NCBI GenBank assembly: GCA_964016885.1 | Contig: OZ024740.1 | Span: forward strand, 275,714,001-275,778,000 | Length of the DNA stretch: 64,000 nucleotides | Direction of reading: 5' to 3' | Origin: Eledone cirrhosa | Lineage: Eukaryota | Shown: in pieces, positions 1-13,049 of the stretch | Position numbering within the stretch: position 1 is the first letter of the stretch | How the letters are laid out: every line of letters begins with the position of its first letter | The notes under the pieces: model-generated | Seen by the model: only the letters and a program-made list of their open reading frames with translations | The model's database searches: none | What the model was told of the DNA's origin: nothing | Position numbers and translations under genes: made by a program

Positions 1-1228
1 CTTTCATGAGCATCACGTGACCATACCAATGTAGTCTTCTCTCGAGTAAACAACATCTGATCCCTCTTATTTCTAATTTCTCCGTTAGTTCATTTATGCT
101 TTGCCATTCACGTATATTACTATTACACATCCAAAGGAGTATGCAAGCTTCGTTCTTCTCCAGTCTACGTATATCCTCTGCACACAATGCCCAGGTCCAC
201 TGCCATGTAACATTGCTGTTCGTATGCAGGCATCATACAGCCTGCCTTTTATTTTTAGAGAGAAACCTTTAGCGGCCAATAGTGGTATAAGCTCTCTGAA
301 CTTTTTCCATCCCGTTCTGACTCTAGCTACTGTACTTTCCGAGCACCCTCCACCACTGCTGATTTTGTCACCCAGGTAACGGAAGGTGTCCACTATTTCT
401 ATAGAACCATCTGGGCAATGGAATGAGCTAGTATTCAGTGGGCACTTGCTGCTACTTATTGCACCTGAGCACCGGCCACATATAAAATCTATATTCTTAG
501 TTAGATTACCTGTGATCCAACTACATCTTTTATGCACCCATGCTTTGCATTTGGGACATAAAATGGAGTTTCTGCCTACTCCTTTCCTACACACTGAGCA
601 TGGCCATTTCCCAGAGGGGACCAGTGCCCTATTTTCCTTCCTACATACTAGAACTTTAGTCTTAGACAAGTTAATTTTAAGGCCTTTTGATTCTAGGCTG
701 TGCTTCCAAGTTTGGAAATTCTCCTCTAGTTCAGCCACTGATTCAGCTATGAGTGTTAGATCATCTGCGTATAGAAGTTCCCATGGGCAGCCGGTCTTGA
801 ACTCCTCTGTTATAGCCTGAAGGGCAATAATAAATAGGAGGGGGCTAAGGACAGACCCCTGATGAACACTGACTTTTATGCTAAATTCTTCACTATATTC
901 GTTGTTAATTCTAACCTTGCTGACTGTTTCTTTATATATGGCTTGTATAGCTCTCACAAGCCATTCGTCAACACCTAGTTTTCTCAGAGCCCACCAGATA
1001 ATGGAGCGGGGGACTCTGTCAAAGGCTTTCTCCAAATCAACAAAAGCTAAGTATAGGGGTTTACTTTTAGCTAGGAACTTCTCCTGTAGTTGTCGTACAA
1101 GGAAAAGAGCGTCTGTGGTACTTTTACCTAAGACAAACCCAAACTGCATTTCATCTAGATCAATTCGCTCTCTGATTAGTTGCGCTATAACTCTTTCTGT
1201 GAACTTAATGACCTGGTCAATTAATTTA
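1..1228 (-). mobile_element. RTE-clade LINE fragment (RT with PHD-like insert), 5'-truncated into (AT)n, runs off the window start
   Basis: ORF 94..1275 gives QFGF, FVDLEKAFD, HQGSVLSP, YADD and FRYLG RT motifs; 1-bp deletion near 195 versus the 20005-21975 copy; homology stops at the (AT)n near 1229. Confidence 0.95.
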
Positions 1229-1476
1229 TGTATATATATATAAGCACGTGGTGCTCCAGCTTGCCCATAATCCAATGAATTGCTGAAACTGAATATGTAT
1301 GTATGCTCTTAAACAGGTTTCATCCAGTAATTGTCCAGGCCATGTCTAACTTAAAACCATCTAATAATATATATGTGTGTTTGTGTGTATATATAAATAT
1401 ATTTATATTTATGTATCTATCTATGTATTTATATATATGTATATATGTATATATGTATATATATATATATATATAT

Positions 1477-2019
1477 AGTAGGCAGACCCAGAAAAACCTG
1501 GGACGACTTGATAAATTCCGACCTCACACACTTACACCTCTCCAAGACAATGTCACTGGATCGAGATCTGTGGCGCTACACAGTAATAGAGAAGACCCGC
1601 CTTACCTAATTACAAAGTGAAACCTACTACAGTCAGTAGGCACCTCTAACAAAATACACCCCCGTCCCACTACCCCCAACCCATCCACACCACCCCTTTC
1701 AATGTAAAGTTATGTTGATACCACAACATCCAACCCGAAACAAATGAGGTCGTGTAGGTGTCACAACAAAAAAACACAGTCCACGCTGTAATGTGGGCGT
1801 GTAGGTAACACGGTAAAAACCTCCCAGTTCCACACTGTAAATGTGGTTGGTGTTAGGAAGGGCATCCAGCCGTAGAAAACCCGCCAGACAGTCCTATACG
1901 AGCAGGACAACCACTCTTGCCTCAAGTGGGAAAACTCCCGTTCAAACCCATGCAAGCGTGGAAGATGGACGTTAAACGATGATGATGATGATGATGATGA
2001 TGATGAGGATGATGATGAT
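1477..2019 (+). mobile_element. 3' end of the same RTE subfamily (ORF end, 3' UTR, (GAT)n tail) between two (AT)n tracts
   Basis: Encodes GRPRKTWDDLINSDLTHLHL...TRLT*, matching 19487-20135 in reverse; ends acccatgcaagcgtggaagatggacgttaaac(gat)n. Confidence 0.9.
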
Positions 2020-2044
2020 ATATATGTATATATGTATATATGTA

Positions 2045-2125
<81 letters not shown>

Positions 2126-2128
2126 GTA

Positions 2129-2184
<56 letters not shown>

Positions 2185-2352
2185 TATATATAATAGTAGA
2201 ACGCTGGTTGGTTATATCCATTGGTAGTAGAGCAATCAGTCCTTGGGACGAGTTTGGATCTGACTAAAGGGAAACATTTGTTCTCGGTATGGTGAACTAA
2301 CTCTTGTGGAAGTACTTATATATATATACACACACAGATATATATATATATA

Positions 2353-2401
<49 letters not shown>

Positions 2402-3009
2402 GTCTGGTCACCAGTTGGTGCTACTGGTAGCATGTATCCCAGTACAACCTGTCACATGTTCGAGTCGTTGGCGACTAAACTGGCAACCCCACCAAGGTTT
2501 CTTGGTGAGGAGGGTGACTTTGGACATCCTGCAGGACTAAAAACAAAACCTGTCAAAGGGCAAAGGAGCTCTTAAGAGTCAATGGCCATCCAAAATCACC
2601 GGGAGAGATGACCTCTTAGCCTTTGTCAAGGCAGAATTCTAGGAGATGGAAAACTCTGATATAAAACCTGCAACCCTGATGGTATCCAATGATGTTGACT
2701 TGTTCTTCTTTTTGGTAAATATCATCTTGGTTAAGAGAGTGGGACTGGCTTTGTGCAGTGCCTTTGCTCACTATAAAAGCTTCACGGCACAGGCATTGCT
2801 TTATATCTGGAGATCTCTCTGCACTTGTCGCCACATGGTACCATGGGCCCAGCACTATGTGTCAATAATTGTCACAAGTGTAGTGTTTGTACCAGAGTTT
2901 TCAAGTCGCTGGCTGGACTAAAAAGTCACACTCGTTCAGGGCATCGGTAGGGGTTCTTCTACGTGGATATAAAGTAGTGGCCGTACTCGAAAACGATTTG
3001 GCAGCCACC
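2402..3009 (+). mobile_element. Internally deleted (bipartite) non-autonomous RTE/BovB-like element
   Basis: 2822-3009 is near-identical to the reverse complement of 15857-16045 (LINE 3' end); the 5' part is non-coding; (AT)n on both sides. Confidence 0.7.
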
Positions 3010-3040
<31 letters not shown>

Positions 3041-3062
3041 ATTGATATATATATGTATATAC

Positions 3063-3122
<60 letters not shown>

Positions 3123-3154
3123 TTTCATATATATATATATATATATATGTGTAA

Positions 3155-3185
<31 letters not shown>

Positions 3186-3548
3186 CACACATATATGTTC
3201 AAATTAATATATAAATGAAATAAATTCAGATAGTTGAAATGAGGAGGAAAAAATATAGTAAAATGTCTTATTGGAAAGATTTCCCAATTACATAGAGTGG
3301 TCAACTGAATTAATCATTGGTTTAGAAAAGGTCAGAGGTATGAGGTCCCACACAGATCCCTGTTTTTCAGGAACAAAGTCAGAGGTGAAAGGTGACTCTC
3401 TTTCATTGCCCACCTCCCACCTGCACTATTCTGTTTCCTGGGGTGGGTGGGGGGTGGGGGTGGCTTTATAAATCTGAAGGGAATGAATATATTATAATGT
3501 GTGGATTAATTCACTCTCTGGTCAGTAATGCAAGGCCATTCTGACAAT

Positions 3549-3550
<2 letters not shown>

Positions 3551-3600
<50 letters not shown>

Positions 3601-3642
3601 GCTGCTGTTGTTGCTGATGCTGCTTCTACTGCTGCTCTGCTA

Positions 3643-3677
<35 letters not shown>

Positions 3678-3792
3678 ACTACTAACACCACCACACCACC
3701 TCCACCTCCACCACCAACGCCACCATCACTACCACCACCACCACCACCACCACAACAACAACAACAACAACCACTACTAGCACTACTAATAT

Positions 3793-3838
<46 letters not shown>

Positions 3839-4024
3839 GCTGCTGCTGTTGTTGCTGATGCTGCTTCTACTGCTGCTCTGCTACTACTACTACTACTACT
3901 GCTGCTGCTGCTACTAACACCACCACACCACCTCCACCTCCACCACCAACGCCACCATCACTACCACCACCACCACCACCACCACAACAACAACAACAAC
4001 AACCACTACTAGCACTACTAATAT

Positions 4025-4059
<35 letters not shown>

Positions 4060-4060
4060 G
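3551..4060. repeat. Compound trinucleotide repeat (CTA/CTG/CAC/CAA), tandemly duplicated as a ~240-bp block
   Basis: gctgctgttgttgctgatgctgcttctactgctgctctg at 3601 and 3842, with the same downstream variant order. Confidence 0.9.
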
Positions 4061-4492
4061 GTGATGGTAGTGTGATGGTTATGGTAATGATGACAGTGGT
4101 GGTAAGGTGGTAAGGTGGTGGTGGTGGTGGTGGTGGGTTTGATAATAAGTAGATAGAGTAGGTAAGTGGAAACAAAGTGGCGGAGGGGGGTGGGGGTGGG
4201 GGAGATAAAGGTAGGTGGAGATATATATGAGAAGAAAAGGAAAAGAAGAAGAAGGTGAAGATGTAATGATGTGTAGTATTGAAAAAGATGATTTCAGAGG
4301 TGAAATGAAGTGGTAGTGAGAAATGAAAAGCAAATTAGGATAATTAGTGAATCACACAGAGAGGTAGGGAAAGTGAGGAAAGATGTGTGTGGTAGAGAGG
4401 TTGGAAGAGAGAGAGAGGGGGGGGGGATGCAGAAAAAGTGAAATGATTAAGACAAATTAATATACAGACCAACAGTGACAAATAGAGACCGT

Positions 4493-4820
<328 letters not shown>

Positions 4821-5488
4821 AACAGAGATGTTGGGGTGGACAGAAGGACTGACAGAGAAGAAGAGATTGAGAGGCAATCTATTGGTGAGAAAGGTACAAG
4901 GAAGAAGGAGGGTGGAATGGTAGAATCTGATAGTGAAAGTTGTTTAAAAGATGTAAACATAGAAATGACAGAGAGATAAATTGAAAATGATAAGGAGAGG
5001 GTGGAGAGAAGTATGATAGAGACCCCATCTTATCAGCTGAGTGTAATCTTTAATAAAGTCGAAGAAAGAATGAAGAAAGAAGCAGCAGTGCACTAAATGA
5101 CCTAAAAAATGACTTTTATCAATAGATATTCATTAAGTTCATGTATTTATTGAGCAGAAATATGATAACTAGTTTTTGAATTACTTCCAAGTTTGTAACA
5201 ACCACAACAACAGCAACAGCTGCAGCATCAGCTGCAGTAGTAGCTGCAGTAGTAGCAATATCATTGTGGCAATGTCCCTCCAGCTTCCATTTGGTGCCAG
5301 ACGAGAATTAGGTAGACTCCATACACTCCAGTGAAAAGAGAAATTCTAAGTGTTAAATTGAAAATATTTAGAAGTGGCAGGATTTGTTGAGCATCTGATG
5401 AAATGCTGAGTGGTATGTAGTTATGCTTCCTTTGGTTCTGAGTACAAAGAAGACTCAAGTTAACTTAAGCTTACTTTTGCTGTCGTCG

Positions 5489-5540
<52 letters not shown>

Positions 5541-6728
5541 GCCCCAGTACACAATTGGAATATCTTTGATCATAAATCCACTTGATCAAAATAGATTTTA
5601 TGTTCAAAGATATGCCAGTTGTGACCTACCAATTTTCTCTGGCATAGTGTACCTAGGACTACATTACCCAATGTGTTAATCCAATTTTAAGATTGAAGTG
5701 AAGGATGATTAAAGTTTATTGTGTTTTGGATCAAGTGGATGACCCACATGACTAGAGCGTTCCTTGCTAGATCAAATAAATAAATCTTCCCAGCCTGCTA
5801 AATACTGTGAGCAAGCAGAAACTAGCATACTTTGCACATATTTGTCATCAGCCATTTCAGAGTGTCAGTGACACATTATACTTGATACAATTCTGAGCAT
5901 GGATCAATGTGAGCTGAAGGCTCAGGAATGAAGTAATGAAGGATCACAATATTTGATCCATGCGATTAATACATTTAGATTGCTATCATAGGATTACAGG
6001 TATAAAGTAAATAAAATTGGGTAACTGGAGACATCTCCTTTGTATGTCTTTAGCAAAGATCATCCTGTACAAAAATTTAGCACAGCTTTTGGTCTTAATA
6101 TAAATGAATAATTTAAAGGGATTCTTCCTTCTACAGCAACCTATCAACTATGGTTTCTTTTTTCTATTCTACCAACAGCTATGAGGGACCTACAAAAAGG
6201 TTGTATTCCCTTCTTTTTCTGCTTTAAGACATTAAATAAAAATCTAATAATGGTTTCTGATTTAAGCATAAGGCCAACAATTTTGGGACAGAGGAAAATC
6301 GATTAAATCACACCCCAGTGCATTATTGATAATTTATTTTATTGACCCCATAAGGATGAAAGCACTGAGTTTCATGTTTCTGATCTTATAAATAACTACA
6401 TTGTTTCTTTCTGGGGTCTATGTTGAAAAATAACCCTCATTTGGTCATTCCATGAGAGTATCTTGGTCAGCCTATGAATTTTTTAGCCAACCATCATAGC
6501 TCATCATAGGCAGGATTTGAACTCAGAATGCAAAGGGCCGTAACTCTATGCCACTGTATTATACATCTGTTGTTCCATTTTATTGTGATAGAAATGACAC
6601 AAAAGCGATAAAACATTCAAATCTAAAGACAATGTTTCTGGATGGCCTTGCCCATGATGGTTATGAAAAAGAGACTTTCTAGACCAGGCATGGGCAATAG
6701 TTTTCAAGCAGTGGATTGCATAAGATAT

Positions 6729-6884
6729 ACGAGGGTCAACTAAAAAGTTCATAGGCTGTGAAATCTTGCATGCATCAATTTCAACTCTTCTTATCAATAA
6801 CTGCATTGTTTCTTTCCAGGAACTATGTTGAAAAGTAAACCATTTGGTCATTCCATGAGAGTATCTTTTCAGCCAACCACCATA
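6729..6884. mobile_element. Mariner-like MITE (related copies ~6390-6498 and ~44533-44730)
   Basis: TA-cgagggtcaactaaaaagttcataggctg start, ttttcagccaacc..cata end; shared ttggtcattccatgagagtatctt core in all three copies. Confidence 0.6.
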
Positions 6885-7037
6885 ACTCACCATAAGGCTG
6901 GCAATACTACTAAAAAAGTTGAAATTAATCTTTTGTTAAGCTTGCCATTCAGAAAGCCAAATGGCCACACTTGGCTCGCAGGTCACAGATTGCCCATGTC
7001 TGATCTAGATTGATTGTGTGTGTGTGTGAGTATGTGT

Positions 7038-7080
<43 letters not shown>

Positions 7081-7598
7081 GGAGAATTTGTGTGTATATA
7101 GTAACTTGAAAACTTTACTAACTGTTACTCTGACTTTCATGTTTCTGATCTTCAGAAGGTAGTAAATGCCTGAATGAGTACAACCAGTTTATATAGATTC
7201 TTACAAAAGAAAAAAATGAAAATATTTTAGCATAAAGTTGATTGGAAACTGGAGAGGGGGGGACATTATATTGTTGGGTGTGCATGTGAGCATTTGCGTA
7301 CATAATATATATTTACTTCGTTAGCAGACATAGGATCATATAAAAAAAATAAAAATATGAAAATAATAAAAATTAAAAATACATATGAGAAAAAAAATTG
7401 ATAAAAAAAAAACGCGAATTAAAATACAGACTGCCATAACACACACAAACACATACACACAGACACACTCATGCATACACATATTTATCCATATACACAC
7501 ACAAACACATCTGCTTTAATATATCACTTTCAAATCCATATCTGCATCCATTTACATTCCTAACTGAGTGGTTGATGTATCATTATTATCATCAGCAG

Positions 7599-8928
7599 GG
7601 CGGTGAATTGGCAGTATCGGTGGAGGGTTGGACGTCATGCTTTCTAGCATAGTTACGTCCCTTTATGGTCTGAGTTCAAATCCCGCCGAGGTTAACTTTA
7701 CCTTTCTTCCTTACGGGGTCGATAAAATAAAGTACCAGTAATGTACTGGGTAATTGCTGGCCTTGTGCCTAAAGTAGAAACAATTATTATCATCATCACC
7801 ACCATCATCATCATCATCATCATTATCATTACAAACATCTGGCATTGGACAACAGGCTTTGCAGCATAGAGTTACGGCCCTTTACGATCTGAGTTCAAAT
7901 CCCGCCGACGTTAACTTTGCCTTTCATCCTTACGGGGTTGATAAAATAAAGTACCAGTAATACAATGAGATAATTGCTGGCCTTGTGCCAAAAGTAGAAA
8001 CAATTATTTGGGGCTGGTAAAATAAATGCACTAAGTAATGCACTAAGGTTGATTTAATCGACTTTCCCCTGCCCCAAAATTGCTGGCCTTGTGCCTATAT
8101 AAGAAACCATGATTATTATTATTGTTGTTGTTCTTATTATAGGGTGGTGGATTGGCAGTATCAGTAGAGGGTCGGACGCCATGCTTTGCAGCATAGAGTT
8201 ACGGCCCTTTATGATCTGGGTTCAAATCCTGCCGAGGTTAACTTTACCTTTCATCCTTACGGGGTCAATAAAATAAAGTACCTGTCACGTACTGGGGGTC
8301 GATTTAATCGACTTACCCCTCCCCCAAAATTGCTGGCCTTGTGCCTATATAAGAAACCATTGTTGTGGTTGATATGGCGGTGGATTGGCAGTATCAGTAG
8401 GGAGTTGGACAAAATGCTTTGTTGAAATTAGTTACAACTTTTTATAGTCCTCCAAGTTCAAATTCCACCAAGTTTAACTTTCTCTCATCCTTACTGTGTT
8501 GATAAAACAAGGTACCAGTAATGTATTAGGTTCAATTTAATCGACTCTCCTCTTCCCTTCAAATTGTTCACCTTGTGCCAACCAAATGTAGAAACAATTG
8601 TTGTCATTATTTGGATTGGCAGTATCGATAGAGCGTCGGACACCGTGCTTTGTGGCATAGAGTTACGGCCTTTTACCTTCTGAGTTAAAATCCTACCTAT
8701 GTTAGCTTTGCCTTTCATCTTGTGTCTAAAATCAGAAACCAGTGGCAGTATCGGTAGAGAGTCGTACGACATGATTTGTAATAATATAGAGTTATGGCCC
8801 TTTACGTTCTGGGTTCAAATCCCGCCGAGGATAACTTTGCCTTTCATCCTTACGGGGTCGATAACATAAAACACCAGTAATGTACTGGGGTAATTGCTGG
8901 CCTTCTGCCAAAAGTAGAAACCATTATT
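7599..8928 (+). mobile_element. Cluster of ~6 same-orientation tRNA-derived SINEs (Meta-domain-like middle, ATT tail)
   Basis: Repeated tggcagtatcggtaga (A-box-like), gagttcaaatccc (B box), gcctttcatccttacggggtcgataaaataaagtacc, and ...agtagaaacaattatt. Confidence 0.9.
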
Positions 8929-9287
8929 TTCTGTTATATTTTCCTGTTATATTTCTGACTTTATACTACCAGATTTCACAGCATAATTCTGCTTTTACTT
9001 AAAACATATTTTTTTTATTTCTGTTCAATTCTGTGCATTGAGGAAATTTATGTTAATGAAGATGTTGGTAAAACGTGGAACATTTCAAGAAAGCAGTCTC
9101 ACATTCAATGCCATGTTGTTAGTTTTGAGGGAGAAAAATGTTGCATTATGTCACTAACAGTTCTAGTCTGCTACTTCAAGTTATTTAGACCACATTTAGG
9201 TCAAAGGTTAAACATATTTATGTATAGAATATAGTGTTTTATTCGAAGGCTATAGTAATGCAAATGGAATATTAAATGATAGAAATA

Positions 9288-9478
9288 TAATTGTTTCTAC
9301 GTTAGGCACAAGGCCAGCAAATACCCAGTGTATTACTGGTACTTTATTTTATCGACCCCGTAAGGATGAAAGGCAAAGTTAACCTCGGCGGGATTTGAAC
9401 TCAGAATGGCAAGGGCCGTAACTCTATGCGTTAAAGCATGGCGTCCGACCCTCTACCAATACTGCCAATCCACCGCCT
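9288..9478 (-). mobile_element. Full-length tRNA-derived SINE with a 16-bp TSD
   Basis: TSD atgatagaaatataat at 9276-9291 and 9479-9494. Confidence 0.92.
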
Positions 9479-9669
9479 ATGATAGAAATATAATGATAGA
9501 AATATAATGATAACAATGTTGTTAGGTGGTTACCTTGGGGTTTGTTTATCTGGACTGACAGATGCAGCTTGAATTAAAGGAAAAAATGAATCAGTGCCAC
9601 TTTGTGCTTATGGTATCACAGCCACGGTATAGTTATATAGCTTCTAATTGAATGGAAGGAAGCATGGGT

Positions 9670-9740
9670 GGTGTGTTGGTGTAATGGTAACACATTGGCC
9701 CGGCAAACCAAAGATGTGGGTTCGTGTCCCACGTACATCA
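9670..9740 (+). tRNA. tRNA-like cloverleaf with a GGC (Ala) anticodon; likely pseudogene or tRNA-derived repeat
   Basis: Acceptor ggtgtgt/gtacatc (3 G-U pairs), D arm gtgt/acac, anticodon arm ttgg/ccaa with loop ccGGCaa, T arm gtggg-ttcgtgt-cccac, T5 run at 9742-9746. Confidence 0.55.
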
Positions 9741-9981
9741 ATTTTTCCATTCAGAGGATATTTTTTAAATCCCAATTAACAGACTAATTCAATTTAGCCA
9801 AATACAGCGTAAGCACATGTTACTACCAATTTTTCAACTTCACTAGCCATTTCTAAACAAAGCCTGCTTTGTGTCTCCCTTTTTATATACATACATATAT
9901 ATATATATAACCCATGCTAACGTGGAAGATGGATGTTAAATGATGATGATGATGATGACATATATATGTATATATATATAT

Positions 9982-10392
9982 ATAATATATAAGATCAAAA
10001 GATGGTTAAATGAGTTCCATGTATTTTATTATGCGCATTTCAAAAACAAATATCATCATGCAATAACATTTGTGTTTTCATCAGATAAAATAGGAAGACA
10101 TAATATGAAGGTTAAAAAACACTTGTGGATAGTGCAGTTTTAAATCAACATAAACTGCACTATCCACAAGTGTTTTTAACCTTCATATCATGTCTTCCTA
10201 TTTTATCTGATGAAAACACAAATGTTATTGCATGATGATATTTGTTTTTGAAATGCGCATAATAAAATACATGGAACTCATTTAACCATCTTTTGATCTT
10301 ATATATTATGTATACTCCAGTCCCACAAACTGTAGAGTGCTTCTTATCCGATATCTGCATTGCTTTATTGTACTACAATAAAACTCACCTCC

Positions 10393-10396
<4 letters not shown>
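9982..10396 (+). mobile_element. Foldback element: ~159-bp inverted arms, 11-nt loop, ~85-nt one-sided tail, in (AT)n; Penelope-like inverted pLTR
   Basis: Arms 9982-10140 and 10152-10309 are near-perfect complements; each arm contains a hammerhead motif. Confidence 0.8.
10199..10269 (+). ncRNA. Minimal type I hammerhead ribozyme motif (mirror copy at 10022-10092, minus strand)
   Basis: UAUUUUAU-CUGAUGA-stem II-GAAA-U-GCGC-A-UA/AUAAAAUA: 8-bp stem I and palindromic loop 3. Confidence 0.8.
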
Positions 10397-10436
<40 letters not shown>

Positions 10437-11234
10437 ATCATCATCATCATCAGGATGATGGCAGATGATAGAAAGTCTAAGGATCAAAGTCTAACAGACA
10501 GAGGATTTGCTTCGAAATCGCTAGACGTATCTGAGGAACTTGCGAATCCAGTGTCAGGTTCAATCCACAAACAGATCGCACCTCGCCGGAGAAACAATTG
10601 TAGTACATAATAAACTGTGTTCCGATGCATCATTGATTCTTCGTTTTCCATATTATATATATATATATATATAATATGGACACATACATACAACATCTAC
10701 TGCTTTTCCTGTCAGAATAACAGACAGCTCCTTTTCCTGTTGACCACAGATTGGTATAGATGTGTCCCACTGCTCTCTTGTTTCCTTGTTCCAGCATCAG
10801 AACATCAGAAATTTAGGTTCTGTTGCATGGGCTAGCCTTACTCACATGGTGTTGCTTATTACGTGAGAAACCATGTTGGTCTAGAAGGAAGCTGATGAGA
10901 TCATATGATTCTAAAGTTCTATTTTTCTTGTTAGTTTACATTCTTCATACTTCCTCCATTATTTTTTTACTTATTTTCACAATTCTCCAAAGGATTTGCT
11001 CCATCAATCTCATACCCACTTTTCTCTTCTACTCTCTTTTCTCTCTATACCCCTCTCATTTCTCATCTCATGCATTAGACTCTTTTTCTTCCTTTTTCTC
11101 ACTCTATCCGTTCAATATGTGAGTATATCTTGACCCCACTTTTTACTATACATATAGTATTTAGCTGTTTACAGCTACCCATCATGCTGAGAATCTTGCA
11201 ATTTTATGAAAATTCATATATGTATATATCTCAA

Positions 11235-11878
11235 AGGTATATATTGAGTTAGAAACTCAAAATAGTCTCTTACAATTAAATAGCTCAATGAAAGAGATTT
11301 TTCCATGCCATATAGCATAATTGAATATAAAAGAGAGATAAACACAGATATATACATATATGTGTTCAAAGGGACCAAGTTCACTAGGGTGAAAAAGATA
11401 CTAACTATGAACAATAGGGTTTGCCAGACTCAATTTAGGAATAAATCAAGAAAATAAATACAAACCGATATTGTGGTAACTACCAGACACCCAGACAGCG
11501 TTTGGTGATGCTGTTTCACAATTTAATTGTGAAGAGAATTACCAATTCTTTTCCTCATCAGTGGGTGTAAAATTAGTAAACTCTTCACTTCTAAGTATCT
11601 CAGAAGACTGTATAATGTGAGTATATAAAATAACACACATGCCAGCAGAACCTAGCGTGTCTCACAAACGTATACTATTAAAAATAGCAGCCAAGTTTAC
11701 TCAACAAATTGAGGGAGCCGAATATATTTTCTTGATTTATTCTTAAATTGAGTCTGGCAAACTCTATTGTTCATAGTTAGTATGTTTTTCACCCTAGCGA
11801 ATCTGGTCTCTTACGATTTGAACACATATATGTATATATCTGTGTTTATCTCTCTTTTATATTCAATTATACTATATG
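11235..11878 (-). mobile_element. Foldback element: ~150-bp imperfect inverted arms, ~270-bp spacer, ~75-nt tail on the left
   Basis: Arms 11309-11456 and 11725-11878; (AT)-rich flanks; hammerhead in the spacer. Confidence 0.7.
11487..11568 (-). ncRNA. Type I hammerhead ribozyme motif with a GUC site and a branched stem II
   Basis: ACACCCA-CUGAUGA-GGAAAAGAAUUGGUAAUUCUCUUC-ACAAUUAAAUUGU-GAAA-CAGC-loop-GCUG-UC/UGGGUGU. Confidence 0.8.
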
Positions 11879-11882
11879 TATC

Positions 11883-11964
<82 letters not shown>

Positions 11965-12672
11965 CCTATGCTAGCATGGAAAGTGGACATTAAACGAAGA
12001 TGATGATGATGATGATGATATATATATAGGAGTGTGTATGTGTGTGTTTTTATGCTTGTAAATAGATGTATATTTAGAAACTATATATACAGAGATATAT
12101 TGTACATAGGTACCTTCAAGGAAAATAACCTCTAACAACAACACACACTCACACTCACATATAACAAGAGAAAAGAGGATGGATGTATTTATAGAGGAGA
12201 ACATAGAGCTAGTTGTTATATGATTGGGTATAGATTAGGCACATTTTGTTTCAGTTCTTTATAACCCTATCATTTAAACTCCCTTCATTTGCATTTTTAT
12301 ACAGTTATAAATAAATATGCAAAGGAATATCTATCCTGATTCTTATATCAAGAGGTTTCTATCCAGAAGGTTTGTACAATATCTAACAGCTTTCATATAA
12401 ACTTAACTTCCTAGTTTCTTTTTATACTAAATCCATATGTATATATTTGATATTTGCTTTGTTTCATTTTTCCAACTCTGCTACCATTAATAGCTAAATC
12501 GATATTTCTGTTTAAATTTTTTTAGCTGGGCTCAGAAGAGAGAAAAGGTAGGAATGGGGCATGTTAAAATGCCTCATATGAATGATAAATGATATTTTTA
12601 GTGTCTGTAAAGGATTATTTTATAAGGAAGATATGTGAGAATGAGTATATATATATATATATGTCTTGCTCA

Positions 12673-12949
12673 AGGGTGATGTGTTGTTTCCTTGAGCAAG
12701 ACACTTTATTTCACATTGCTCCAGTTTACTCAGCTGTAGAAATGAGATGATAGGGACTGGGGTTCATATCATTCCACTGCAAAGTGGTCGTGGAGGTGCC
12801 ACGGTAAAAACCACCCAGCACTCATTGTAAATGAGGTTGGTGTTAGGAAGGGCATCCAGCTGTAGAAATCAAACCAGAATCAGTTCCCGTCCCACCCTTG
12901 CAAGCAGTGAAAAGTGGACGTAAAATGATGATGATGATGATGATGATGA
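12673..12949 (+). mobile_element. 5'-truncated CORE-like SINE with an RTE-derived tail
   Basis: Matches 26910-27249; (GAT)n tail. Confidence 0.85.
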
Positions 12950-12992
12950 TTTATATGTGTGTGTGTGTGTGTTTGTGTATGTGTGTGTGTAC

Positions 12993-13049
<57 letters not shown>

